The translations under genes and the position numbers were made by a program. Below are positions 14,004 through 27,702 of a DNA stretch of 64,000 nt, piece after piece (position 1 is the first letter of the stretch; every line of letters starts with the position of its first letter). The notes under the pieces are model-generated. The model was not told the DNA's origin. It saw only the letters and a program-made list of their open reading frames with translations, and did not search any database. This DNA is from Octopus vulgaris (taxonomy: Eukaryota): the NCBI GenBank assembly GCA_951406725.2, contig OX597816.1:130758001-130822000 (forward strand). Direction: 5' to 3'.

Positions 14004-15689
14004 TAACTGCAATATAGTTGAAGAATACAACCGGGAGTCGATTCTACTGAAATCCACTACAATTTAGTGACCTGTAACAAGCCTTGACCCAGAGAATCAT
14101 AGCGTTGAATTTGTCTATTTAGAGGACGCCACACACACACACAGGTGGAAAGCATATGGAACTGCGTTAAAAGGTCAAATAAATGTCGCTGTGGAGCTCA
14201 TCTTTCTATAATTGACTCAGATCGTCATGAATTTATGTAGTGGGACAGACATGAAAATGTTGACCTGTTTCAGATAATATTACGGTACACTGCCAAGTTC
14301 ATTTGTTGTTTTGTCTCATTTCTTTCAATAAACATTTTTCATCTTTAAAAAGGAGTGTGTAACTTTTTTTTTATTAATTTCCCACAAAACGAATAATCAG
14401 AAATAAAAATGAGAAAACTGAGATAAACGTGTGTCCTTTAATCAAAAACAAATGTCTAGAAAAACATAGCAATTCCGTCTTCTAGCGTGACGAAAGCAGC
14501 AGCACCTGATTGACTGAAATTCAATGTTTAATCTTTAAAGGCTCGTAACTTCTGTTTTTGTTTTTTAATTTCCTCCCCCAAAAATGATTATAATTTTCGC
14601 AATTAGCATGTAAAACTACATCTGCCAAGAAACTTTCCAAAAACATTGGTTCTGGTTTGTAAAACCGAAGACATCCTCACCAAATCCTGTTTGTGTGCAT
14701 TTTACACTCTGCTTTTCTAATTTATCTTCGAATGAATAGTCATTCATAGCACACTCCCTCACTATTGCTGTTCTTGGGAAATTTGCAAAACCCTGGTGAA
14801 TGACCTCACAGATACCCGAGGCATTCTTAAATAAACCGTTATCATGGCAATATTTAGCATTAGTTAAAAACAACAACAACAACAACATTAGGACAGTTTC
14901 TAATGCGTGTCTTGTAAAAAATCTCATCTAAGGTAGTTATCAATTCCGAATCTATTATTCATCATCAATATTTACTAACTATACTAATACCTTAAGTTTT
15001 TTCCTTTCATTTTTCAAAGATATTTAATATCATTACATCAGCTCCGTTTATTTAATATTGAATATTTCTTAGATATGGCCTTTGTAGGATCACTAAAAAA
15101 AAAAAGAATGAATTTAGTTTCAAGTAACTTACCTAATTTGAATTCACAGATCACCCCCTTGTGATTATTATAAACTACTATGACCTTGTATCAAGTACTG
15201 CTATTACCACTAGTTACTCTGATAGGCTTTCTTGAACATCACTGTCGACCCAATGTTTTGCAATCGACTAACTATGCAAGAGACAAAATGGTAGAAAGCG
15301 ATTGACAGCCAGTAAGTCAATAAATCTAGTCCAGTAACGGATATCATAAATAAGATTTTATGCAATTCGGTAGGAGGCTATATTTTTATCAAAATTATTG
15401 AAATCCCAAACAAAGCATATTTTAACAATCGAGCTTCATCACATTGTAATTGTGATCATGCGAGCATAAAAACCAGAGATTTTAGGCATGAAAACATGGG
15501 ATGATATGATGAATAATCTTCTTGGAGAAAAGTGAAGGAAGGCAAGTGAACTGAATCTGCTACAATTAAGAATCAACCCAACAAACATACGTTTAGTCCC
15601 AATGGTATTTTGAGAACCTAACAATCGGAGAATGAATTACAAGGATATAAAAACAAAAATTAAGAAAACAACAGGAAAGCAAGGGGCAG

Positions 15690-15965
15690 ATAAAAGGATG
15701 GGAATAGTGAGGGACGGATAAGTAAGTAGACGGGAACTGTGAGGGATGGATAAATAGACGGGAACAGCGATTGACGGATAAGTAGACAGGAACAGCAAGG
15801 GGTGGATAAGTGGATGACAACAGTAAGGGCTGAATAAGTGGACGGGAACAGTGAATGACGGATAAGTAGACGGGAACAGCGAGGAATGGATAAGTAGACG
15901 GGAACTATGATGGACAGATAAGTAGACGGGAACAGCAAGGGACGATAAGAGGACGGGAACAGTTT
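15690..15965. repeat. Minisatellite, ~30-bp unit (core GATAAGTAGACGGGAACAG), about 9 degenerate copies plus one at ~16058-16083
   Basis: Direct inspection. It explains the repetitive ORFs at 15593-15989. Confidence 0.9.
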
Positions 15966-16899
15966 CAGAGAAGCACACCCGTATATCATTTAGTCTTGCA
16001 AAGAATTTGTTTTTGTTTTAAAAAAAAAAAAACATTAATAAAAGTCTTGTTCACAACGATAAGTGGACGGGAACAGCAAGGGCCTTGCCAAACATATTCT
16101 AGATACACGATTTGCGTTTAGTTGTTCATGATTTCTTCGAAATTCCAGCCTTGTGAGAAATCATGCATACCCCACAATTTCTTTTGTACATCCTAGATTA
16201 AAGCTCATCTACCACGTGGTAGCCCGACTAGTTGTAAACACCTCATTCAAATCGTACATTATCGTTTAGAAAATAACAGGAGACATTGGATAATGTAGTC
16301 CTAGATACTCCTTGTCTGAATAATTTGGTATGGTCAAGACTGGAATGACTTTACTCCTTTAATCTCTACTCCACTCAACTGATTTTCGTCTTTCTTACTC
16401 TCGTTCACTGTCTCTCTCTCTTTACACACACCCATATGTGTATATATAAGTGTGTGTGCGTGTGTGTGTGAGTATTTGTGTGTCGTGCGTGAGTGTGCGT
16501 GTATTTATATGTATGTGTATACGTATATGTATATACATATATGTTTAAACATATATATACACACACATACAAGTGTATATGTATATGTATATACTTGTTT
16601 ATAACCACTTTCTATCCCTGTATGTGTGTATGTGTATGTGTGTGTGTGTGTATGTGTGTATGTCCCAGCTGTTTCGGCATTTTCTTCTCCTTAACGCTCT
16701 GCTATATGTGAAGTTTATCAGTGTGAAAAACGATGCAGTGTGACATGTAAACACGCCCAACAACATCACATGCTTACAGTCAGGCAATGCGCTTCATCAC
16801 ATTAAACAGACATTAAATCTGGTGTCTTTCATCAAACATGTTTAAATGGTCGCGAAAACAAAGTGCATGTGTTTCTAAGTATGTATGTATAATAGCATC

Positions 16900-16985
<86 letters not shown>

Positions 16986-17115
16986 ACGGAGTAACAGAAA
17001 ACAAATGACAAATATAACAAGCTGAGGACACTCGCAGCAGGGGGGTAGGGTACATCAAATTTTATTAATGGGCGTCCGTGTATGTTTTCGGTATTCACCC
17101 TTTGGCAGCTATCGC

Positions 17116-17237
<122 letters not shown>

Positions 17238-17879
17238 GTATATGTATATGTATATGTATATATATGTATGCGTGTGTATACGCATACATGCACACACGCA
17301 CGTAAATATGTGTATATATGTGTGAGCGTGTGTGTGTGTGCATGTGTGTGTATGTGTGTGTGCGCGTGTATTTATCTATATATAAATACAGATTGATGTA
17401 CAAACGAATGAAAAGAGAACTCAACTCATGTCATGAGAATGAAATAATTGTGTTAACAGTTGGGCTCAGCTGTGCATTACTAAGTGTTTCAAAGAGGCAA
17501 ACAGCTCCACTGGTCTTTCAATATTATCGTCACCGAACGATGAGACGTATTTCTTGGGTCTACAGAAATTTGAGAACTATTTGTATGCTTCTCTTTCCCC
17601 TCTCTCTCTTTCTCTTTATACACTCAAACACACATGCACGCACACACATACTTACATATATATTGGTTTCAAATTTTGGTACAAGGCCAGTAAGTTTGGG
17701 GGAAGGGGATTAATTGATTACATCGACCCTAGTGTTCAACTGACACTTATTTTATCAACTTCGAAAGGATAAAAGAAAAAAACTGAACCCAGCCGGCATT
17801 TGAAACTGGAAAGAGGCCGACGATCTATATAATGAAGGCGCATGGGTCAGTGGTTTTATATATATATATATATTCTTGT

Positions 17880-18860
17880 GTTCTATTCGCCAGGAATCCA
17901 GTGTAGAGGTTTTCCACGGATTCCAACATTTGCCAATTTTGAGAGTAAGATATGGTCAACCCTGTCGAACGCTTTACTGATGTCAAGATATACGACATCA
18001 GAGTTCGAACCTGTTCCCAAGGCTTTAAGTATATCTTCAATGTGGTGTAAGAGCTGTGTTAGACAGTCCCTGCCATAGAATAAAAAAATCATAGACAGTC
18101 CCTGCCACAGCGAAAGCCATGCTGATTTGCGTTTAGGAGTTTGTGGGTCTCCAGGAAGTCAGCTATCCTTGATTTTATCACTCTTTCAAACACTTTAATG
18201 ATTTGGGAGGTGAGTGAGATTGGGCGATAGTTGACTGCGAGGGATCTGTTTCCCTGTTTAAAAACCGGGATGACAGACTAGGATTGGACCTGTTTCGGTA
18301 TATAACCTGAGTCTAAAGAATTTCTCCAGAAGTTGGTTAGAGGGATTGCAAGTTGGTGTCTACATTCCTTCAGGGGGCTAGCGGGGAATCTATCAGGGCC
18401 TATAGCAGAATACTATTTGACCTTATTTATTGAAGCTATGACGTCCGAGGCAGTGAAGGTTATGTCCGAGATTTTATGTTGGGAATCAACTTCGTTCGCT
18501 TCTCTTTCATAGATAAGAGTGGGATCACTAAAGACAGAACAGCATTGTTTCTGCAGTATTTCTGCCATTTCTTTAGCATCGTTTTGGGGAATGCCGTTAT
18601 CATCGATCAATGGGCCTAATGGGTGAGACAGCGGTTCTATGCTTATTTGCATAAGAATAGAACACTTCTGGGTTCTGTTTGATGTGTGCTGTTTAGGTGA
18701 GGTTCAGTAAGGATAAAGAAAGGGAAGCAATGTGCCATTTCGGCAAGCCAACTCTCTATATATGGGATCTTCCATTTTTGGGCAATGAGTGATGGGATGA
18801 TGCCACGTACATTTAACAGGAATGTCGAGGTAGGAGTAGTTTGATGTTTGCATTGTTCTA
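17880..18860 (-). mobile_element. CR1-group LINE ORF2 remnant with internal deletions (APE start and RT N-terminal half)
   Basis: LLNVRG..ILTEPHL (APE N-terminus), GPD-F-A, NYRPISLTS, QHGFR, and CLTQLL..VVYLDISKAFDRVDH. Confidence 0.88.
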
Positions 18861-19684
18861 AGTTATGTTTTATTTTGTTCAGAGGTGGCAATGAGGGTAT
18901 TTTTTGTATGGAGCTATGTGTTTATGATTTTCTCGTTGGTGGTGGGTGTGTGTTCCTTATGTTTTGCATAAATGGTTGCTGATAGCTCGTTGGATCTCCT
19001 GGCTTAGGTCGGCCTTCATATTTTCTAGAGAAGTTAGTAAAAAGAGTTGCCTCTTTGGTTTGCCACTTGGTCAGAGGATACATAGTTCATGTTCATGTTA
19101 TTTGGTTTGGTGTTATGGTTTTCTCATAGTTCTGTCTTCATTGTTTGGTTGTAGATGGGGAAATGTGGTTGTATTTTGTTTTTGTTGTCGTCGTAGGTCT
19201 CCTCTGTTGTTGGTTGGTCCCGCAATTGGGGTGACCATATTTTTGACTGTTGGTATAGGAATATTTATTTTTCGATCGTGTTTTGCCCTTCAGATGGTGG
19301 TGGTTGCATATATATATATATATGTATGTATATATATATATATGGCATCTAAAAAAAGAAATCGGATCAACTCCCCAACGAACTTGAAGTCATGATTTCC
19401 TCCTCATTGCTTCCATCTTAACCCAACTGCTACCAATGTTCAACAACCTAGGTCATTTGTGCTGCTGTTCCTTTAATATGTCAATGATATTTTTGTAATA
19501 TACAAGCAATCGCTTAAATATACAAATTCTATTTTAGTTCTGCAATGAATGATTCTGTTCAGAAAAATAAAAAATAAAAATCTTCTTAGCATTCGCAACA
19601 CTTATTGTTGTCTGCCTTTTTTACCACATTGAATCCTGTCCACACACACACACAGACTACTACTATTACTGCTGCTGCTGCTGG

Positions 19685-19689
<5 letters not shown>

Positions 19690-19774
<85 letters not shown>

Positions 19775-19775
19775 A
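19690..19775. repeat. (ACT)n microsatellite
   Basis: Direct inspection. Confidence 0.95.
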
Positions 19776-21203
19776 TCCACTAACACTACGTTTCTGTAAT
19801 CCCGGCGTTGTTCCTGCTCAGCTTTAGATCAACTCCGATTGGGTAAAACTATGATCAATAACATCCCAAATACAACGATTCCGTTTTATTTTCGTTGTAT
19901 GTAGAACTGCGTTGTTAAACCTAACTTTTCCTTAAACAAGATAGATCGATGTGATTTTACTTGATTTGTGCGACATGGGCACCACTTTTAAGGAGGTTTA
20001 GCAACAATGTAGAGGCCGCCACAGCGACCCTTCTCAAACGTTAGTGGTAATACTTAGTTATAATTTAGTTGCTATGAGCTGGGATTGTTTTACTGCGAGA
20101 ACATATGTTACTCCGAGCTCTCATTCGTTGTGTTACACCTCTTTCTGTTGGATTACATTTTAAGGCTATGTAATTCGATAAATAATAGAGATTAATTAAG
20201 ATTTATTCTCTACTCTCCTTCATCCCATATTTGTTCTTGATCTCTCACGACACACACACTCACATCTATGCACACATGCACACACATCACACATCCATAC
20301 GTACATGCATACACAACTTTTTATATTCACCTACACACTCCTATCTACACATACTTATATATAGCCATAAACACATGTATACATGCGCATAGGCATACCT
20401 ATGCGTATATACACAAATGTAGGAGTGTTAGAGCATTAACCTAGAGTACGCTCCTAAGAACTTGAGTAAAATTTATCTCCGATACATTAAAAATATATCA
20501 GGGAGCGCTTATATATATGCTTGTGGCTCCTGTGGATGTATTTGCACCCTAGCCTGAAATATGTGGAGCTGTATGTGCATCTGATCGGTGGTGTTGTTGA
20601 CGTGTTGACGTATGTAGTGGGATACGAGTAGATATACGTAAATTTCTTTGTATGCAGACTAGAAAACCCATTAAATATCGCTAGTAACATAAACTACTCT
20701 ATTCCAACCTTCCAAACAAAACACCCAGTTTAAAATTTCGTAATAGACTTCTAAAAATACAAACTCCAAATCAGCACCAGTCTGACATATCCTGCGTGAT
20801 CAAATATTTTCAACGTATAAAACAATACGCACCAGCTTGACCAGAATTTGATACTCCTGTTTAAACAAATACTTCCGCGATTTACCTACACTATCATCAT
20901 CAATAACAACAGCAACAACAACGACGACGATAACAACAACAACAAGTTTTACCAAAGACTATACAAGGCCTAACAGAACTCGAGTAGAACACTATCTGAC
21001 GAAAGCGAGGAAGCCGAAGCGTTGAAGTCATTGGCAAACTTTTCCTTGTAAAAGTTTAATAAACATTAATATACTAAAACGTATCGGCTAACCCACCATT
21101 TAATGTTAAATTGTTTATATATATATATATTAGAAAACAAGATATTTTATTCCACATAGGAAAATAAAAGACATTTTATTCCATATAGGAAACGTAGAGG
21201 TTG

Positions 21204-22736
21204 AAAATGCACTGAGAATAGTTAAAATATTTTTTATTAAAATATTTGAAGCTTTAACCGGTTTCACAGTTTACGCTGATTTTCAAAAAAGTTCAAATAG
21301 AAAGATGTGGCGTATGTCGTAGCTGTCTTGCTTCTGACTAGTGTTTGGAGGTTGCTTTGTTTTTATAGGGAGTTCATGACTCAAATTAGTATATGTTTTG
21401 AATAGCATTTGATTGGTAGAGGATAGTCATATGATTGGTCTTAGAAATTTTTGTAGGTTCGCCGCTACGTCTGCGTTTTAGTATCAAGTAACAATGTTTG
21501 GCGTCGTTAGTTAAAGCTGACACGGTTGACTGAAGAAGTTCAAACAATCAATGCTCTGATTAAAATTTAGGCTGTTAGCTGTGTAGCTTCCCCATGAGAA
21601 GTGGCGGAATTAATTTTATGGGTGAATAGTTATTTGTGCATGTACTCTGTTAAAGTTTAAGACTTGGTTTGTACTTTTGTATGAAAGTATTTTCTTTGTT
21701 TATCCGTGCTTCATCTGTGGTATTCGCTGAACATAGGTAAAGTGGGAAGATCTGGAATTTTGGGGACTTATTTTTTGCACAATGTCTATGTGACCACTTA
21801 GTGGGATCTGTCTAGTACTGGGGTCTTGTATTTGTTGTCGATGAATGGTCAGTCTATTTCTATTGTTTGAACTATGTAATGTTCATTACATCCTTGACAT
21901 TTGAAGAACATGTAAAGTGACTTTTTACGGTAAAAGTTTACCCTGGTTTGAATTTGAATGTTGTGTCTTCAATAAGGTTCTTGCAGGTCCTGCAATTGGG
22001 GTGACCATATTTTTGACTGTTGGTATAGGAATTGTGGAAGGTAATTTAGCACAAGTGAGGAATTTTTTGAGGAACTTTAATTTTCTTTTTCTTTTGATTA
22101 TTTTGTGTGTATTTCGAATGCTTGTTTCATTATTAGGTCTTGTTTTAGTAGTAGGATGTTCTGGTGGATAATATTGTAAACCTCAGTGTTGCTTGGGTTG
22201 TGTACAGTAATAAAGAGCAGATTATTGGATGAATCTGGAACGTTTTCCGTTTTCCGTACTTCTTCGATATTTATTGCATTGGCACGTTCTATTCCATTGT
22301 CTATTATCATTAATGGATATTGTTTTTAAAGTAGTACTTGTTTTAGTTCCTGGAGTCTTTTATTGCGAGTTTCAGGATTTGAAACAATTGCGCATATTCG
22401 TCTTGCTAGATTGAAGGGGATATTATTCTTCGTGTCTTTGGGATGGCATGAGGAGAATAGTAGGTATTGTTTAGAATATGTTTGTAGTGAATATCTGTTT
22501 CAATAATTTTATCTCTTTTGATTATTAGTATATCCAGGAACGATAGTTGAATTTTACTGTATTCCATGGTAAAGTTAATATTATCGTTTATACTGTTGAT
22601 TAAATTGTTGATTAGACAGAGCGACATAACCCACGTCTTTTTATTTGAACTTTTTGTAAATCAGTGTAAACTGTGAAACCGGTTAAAGCTTCAAATATTT
22701 TAATAAAGAATATTTTAACTACCCTCAGTGAATTTT
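21204..22736 (-). mobile_element. Penelope-like retroelement, 5'-truncated, with inverted terminal pseudo-LTRs
   Basis: RT thumb INFTMEYS..LSFLDILI..IETDIHYK, then CHP-HTKNNIPFNL, a Cys linker (GHPNCRTC) and a decayed GIY-YIG region (CQGCNEHYI). Inverted repeats of ~115 bp lie at 21204-21320 and 22621-22736, with (TA)n nearby on both sides. Confidence 0.88.
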
Positions 22737-22741
22737 AATTC

Positions 22742-22798
<57 letters not shown>

Positions 22799-23142
22799 CA
22801 ATTAGAGGTTGTGTTAACCTCATGAAGGTTAGTCTCCTATAATGAATCCATAAACACATATAAAACATATTTTTTCATACTAAAGATATTATTCTCAGGT
22901 CATATAAATATAAATCTAGTATTCAATTAATATTTACTGAGTATTAATTGAAAGAGCTGTAAGTTAAGATGATTAATTGGTCGTTAATAATAAACAATCT
23001 TCAACTGCCCAATCTCCATTTTCTTTTTCTTGTTGTTGTTCATACACCTGTCCTCGTCTTTTATTTTTCTTTAAATTTCAACTATATATATATGTATATA
23101 TATATACATGTATATATATATATATATACATGTATATATACA

Positions 23143-23193
<51 letters not shown>

Positions 23194-23202
23194 ATATACA
23201 TG

Positions 23203-23246
<44 letters not shown>

Positions 23247-23282
23247 CGTGTATGTGCGTGTGTGTGTGTGTGTGTGTCACTC

Positions 23283-23483
23283 ACCCCGTCGGTTACGATG
23301 ACGAGGGTTCCAGTTGATCCGATCAACGGAACAGCCTGGTCGTGAAATTAATGGGCCTGCTGAATGGACTGGAGCAATGTGAAATAAAGTGTCTTGCTCG
23401 AGGGCTCAACGCGTTGCCGGGAATTGAACTCACGACCTTACGATCGGATCGTGAAGCCCAATATCCTAACCACTAAGCCACGC
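23283..23483 (-). mobile_element. SINE family D (internally deleted)
   Basis: tRNA-like head GCGTGGCTTAGTGGTTAGG...GAGTTCAATTCCC. The tail is shared with 61220-61450 and 62120-62285. Confidence 0.75.
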
Positions 23484-23746
23484 GCATTCGCGCGCGCGCG
23501 CACACGCACCACACACATACGCACACAAAAATATGGACTCCAGTGAGTAGATAAACTAAAGTAAGTGGCACTCAATACATTTGGTAGGAGATACATATAT
23601 AATTTAATAACAATTTGATTCATCCAATGCAATGAAAGTTTCGTAGGCTAACCCTCGTAAATGAAGTATCTAGAGAAGAGTCAGAATGACTGACGCGATA
23701 AGTTTGATCCAGGTGCACACGAAACTTACATGGAGCTGAGTCAAAT

Positions 23747-23788
<42 letters not shown>

Positions 23789-23789
<1 letters not shown>

Positions 23790-24087
23790 TAGCAGTATCG
23801 CCCGGCGTTGCTCGGGTTTGTAAGGGAAATAACTATATAAGCATTTTTAGAGAGTTACTTCCCTTATTTAATAGCAAAAAAATGCATTAAAAATGGGAAA
23901 AAATTATGGTAAATTTTTTTTTAAATCGTAGACTCATCGTAGATGCGCACTAATATCCAGAAGGGCTCGATATGAATCACGACTACAAGATACCCGCTTT
24001 TGGTTAAACTGCACCGCAAAATGTGGGAGTAGTTAGGAATCTAAATCGTAGGAGACAGACACTCAACTTCATTTTTATATATAAAGA
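23789..24087 (-). mobile_element. Non-autonomous Helitron-like element
   Basis: 5' TC, 3' CTAG preceded by the hairpin CCCGAGCAACGCCGGG, inserted between A and T with no TSD. Confidence 0.8.
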
Positions 24088-24149
24088 TATACACGTAGGT
24101 ATATATGCATATATTTATATATCATTTATGTTATATATATTGATAGGTG

Positions 24150-24550
24150 CAGGCGTGGCTTTGTAATAAGAAGCTTGCTTCCCAACCACATGGTTCTGGG
24201 TTCAGTCCCACTGCGTAGAACCTTGGGCAAGTGTCTTCTACTATGGCCTCGGGCTGATCAGAACCAAAGCCTTGTGAGTGGATTTGGTCGACGGAAACTG
24301 AAGCCCGTCATATATACATATATGAAGTGTGTCGTGTGTGTGTGTATGTGTGTGTGTGTGTGTGTGTACCTCACCCCCACCACAACCGGTGCTGGTGTTT
24401 ATGTCCCCGTAACATAGCAGTTCGGCAAAAAGTGACCGATAGTACTAGGTTTTAAATAATAAGTCCGATTTGTTCGACTAAAACCCTTACAGGCGGTGTT
24501 TCAGCATGGCCGCAATCAAAATGACTGAAACAAGTAAGGCAATAAAAGAA
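24150..24550 (+). mobile_element. SINE family B
   Basis: Head, internal (TG)n and tail as in 8927-9332. Confidence 0.85.
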
Positions 24551-24555
24551 TATAT

Positions 24556-24607
<52 letters not shown>

Positions 24608-25306
24608 AAGATAGACTGGTTGACAAATATAGATATATATGTATATATAGTAGGGCTGAGATTACTCTCTGGTGTTATTCAGTTTCGCGTACATCGCTGA
24701 TCGCATAACTGGTTTCTGAGATATGAAATATATATTCATAGCATCAAATATTATAATTTGTCACTGGATTGATAATAGCTTGATTAGAAAATAATATAAA
24801 ATGAAATAGAAGATAATAATACAAAAAAATATAAAACAAAATAGGACATTCACTTATCTATGAAATTACCTATATCTCTCTGATTATCCGTATATCTAAT
24901 TGGCCCTATAGATATGTATGTTGATATATCTGTTTACCTATCTTTATATTTAAGCCTATCTCTATAACTTCATACTTCCTAATGGGTATATGTGTCAATT
25001 TATCTAGTTATTTAACAAGCTATCGATCTGTCTTTCTAACTTTCTCTCTTTCTGTCTCTCTTCCTCTCTCACCCTCGCTCATACATACATTCACAAACTT
25101 ACACACAAAGCTCCTTCACATAATACTTCCACATCTATTATTAATTTACGGTCCTGATGGAATGGTTAAAATTAGAAGGTTATTTCATATACCTCACACA
25201 ATATTGCTTTTAGATTATTTACCTATATATCTCTCTCCCTATTCCACACATACATATGTATGCATGGTTCGTGACTACATCTTTATATCTATCTTTATAT
25301 CTTTTT

Positions 25307-25317
<11 letters not shown>

Positions 25318-25403
<86 letters not shown>

Positions 25404-25404
25404 A

Positions 25405-25487
<83 letters not shown>

Positions 25488-25488
25488 C
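25318..25488. repeat. (TCTA)n microsatellite; similar tracts at 30379-30615, 55325-55416, 58323-58488 and 63746-63820
   Basis: Direct inspection. Confidence 0.95.
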
Positions 25489-25544
25489 TGACTGTCTGTC
25501 TGTCTGTCTGTGTGTCCATCTATCTGTCTGACGCTATGCATACT

Positions 25545-26045
25545 GTGTTGAGACAAAAGTTTTGCAATATTTTAGAAACTCATTAACTTTATTCGTCAAG
25601 TTATAACAAAAGGAGCCTAGATTTCAAAGTTGAGGCCACCATGTTGCATTCTCTGCAGCCAACTTTCTGCCAGGTTTTTGATTCCAGTGCGGCCAGTTCT
25701 TGTCCTTGAAAGCGAAGCACTCCTTCACTGACACGTCTACCTCATTCTTGGTTGATGAAGCGTTGGAAGCACCGGAAGTGAGCCATTGATTCGAACAAGT
25801 ATTAACCTGAGGGATATATTTTTCCCGCAATCCTAACATGCATAAGAGAGTGCTTGAGTATAGTCAGCTTCCGAAACCTACTGCCAAACACGGGTGTTTC
25901 GAACACAAGGTGAGGCTCTGCATCTGGTGGGAATATGAGAGGATACGTTGCAGACGGTTGAACTGTTGATGCCAACCTGTACTCCGAATAGCTGGAGAGG
26001 ATGTATGACTTTGTGCGGCAAAAATACCCGGCATCCATAGACAGA
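25545..26045. mobile_element. Rearranged mariner remnant
   Basis: Minus 25805-25617 reads YLFESMAHF...GIKNLAESWLQRMQHGGLNFEI* (transposase C-terminus). Plus 25900-26045 reads KVRLCIWW and TVDANLYSE*LERMYDFVRQKYP (central part). Confidence 0.7.
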
Positions 26046-26051
26046 CACAAA

Positions 26052-26090
<39 letters not shown>

Positions 26091-26637
26091 ATTAACACAT
26101 GTGTGTGCATGTGTGTGTGTGTGTGTGTGTGTGTGTACATATATATGTGTGTATACAAGCATTGCTTTCACGTATTTTCAAAAATGCCATTTTGAAAAGA
26201 TCAAATAATGTTCATTGTCTTAATAATGGAACAATATAACGCTAACCCTGCTCAATTGTCCACGCATACCAGGTTCAGCTACCTGGATGTAGTGTAGGTC
26301 AGTTATAGTATGAATGGTAGAATAGTAGTTCAGACATCCTAAGGATGGAGACTCTAGGATCAAGTGAAAGTGGTAGTGATCAGTGTATGTTGTAGGGAAA
26401 GTGATGAAGAGTGTGATGGGGGTGATGGAAGGTGTGAAGAAGGAATGAGAGAGTCGAATGACGACACGCACATTAAAAGGAAATATCCTCGACTGATCTC
26501 GATCGTTGGCTGATTTATATTCATGCTAAATTGACTTTTGAATCATCTTCGCTCGATTTTATATGTGTGTACACATACACACATATAATGCATTATATAT
26601 ATATATATATATAAATACCCACGTGCATACAGGTGTA

Positions 26638-26675
<38 letters not shown>

Positions 26676-27324
26676 CCTCTGTATCTATCGTTAAATATTA
26701 GTCAAAGTACGGTAGGCGATTCAATGCGGCCCTTGAACAATATCGACTACTTAAGAATGACACACTAGATATAAACTTATTTTTCTTGTTAAGTAACGTT
26801 TTCCTGTATTCTCGCCTCCCCTCTCCCCTCTCTGTCTTCCAATTCCACCCACGCACAAATACGAAGATACAGACGCACACATTCTTTCACAATCATGCAG
26901 TGGATGTATACATAAATCCTCACATATGCACATATAAAAATATATACCCACATACATAAAGATACCGTCATTTACTTAGGAGGCATAATGTCATAACAAA
27001 AACTCTACACAATGCAGTTTGGTGGGTGGGTAGCCCAGGAAGTGGACGTATAAGAATTGACAGCGATGTGGTATGTATGCATACCTATACAAGTAAAGAA
27101 TAACGATGGAATGTCCTAATTACAAGTCAATGTAATGCAAGAACAATAGACCGGACATTGTTTTTCTAAGACGAAGAATAAAATGCGTGAGCTTTTGTTA
27201 AAGTTGTCTTGAATGTTTTAACGCTGCTTCTAAAATATATAAGAATCAAAATGTATATGGACAACTAATAAGAAACTTTGGAATTCAACATTCAGATTTC
27301 TCGTTTGTATCTAAAAATCATTAT

Positions 27325-27702
27325 ATACGAGCAAACCACCCGTCCCTTGGACGGTTTACGTTGCTTTCGTGGTATTTTTTTCACCAAATAATTGAACTAC
27401 CGAGAAGGTTTATGTATAGCATGGCAATCTGTTTCCGATTAAGTATTAAGCATTTTATTGTTATCACCCCGTCATCATATTTCAAAAAGTCCCCTTGAAT
27501 CGATAAAAAATCACTCTTTTTGCCATAGCAACCACATCTTTATAGCTTGCGAATTTTGACCATCGCGGGTCTCATCCTCACCACGCATTGAGTATCCCTG
27601 CCGATTTTCAGCTCAATCCTAGCCTCGGTTTGGCTGCCATTAACCGTTAAAGCAAAATGTGCATACAATTTTCGTCCAAGGACTGTTTTATATATATATA
27701 GT
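27325..27702 (-). mobile_element. Helitron-like non-autonomous element, degenerate
   Basis: Subterminal hairpin CCGTCC-CTT-GGACGG next to a CTAG-like end. The other end is TATATATAAAA-like. Confidence 0.45.

Noticed and set aside
15690-15965. CRISPR-like array
   Set aside because: The units are degenerate, the linkers are short and related to each other, there are no cas genes, and the context is eukaryotic.
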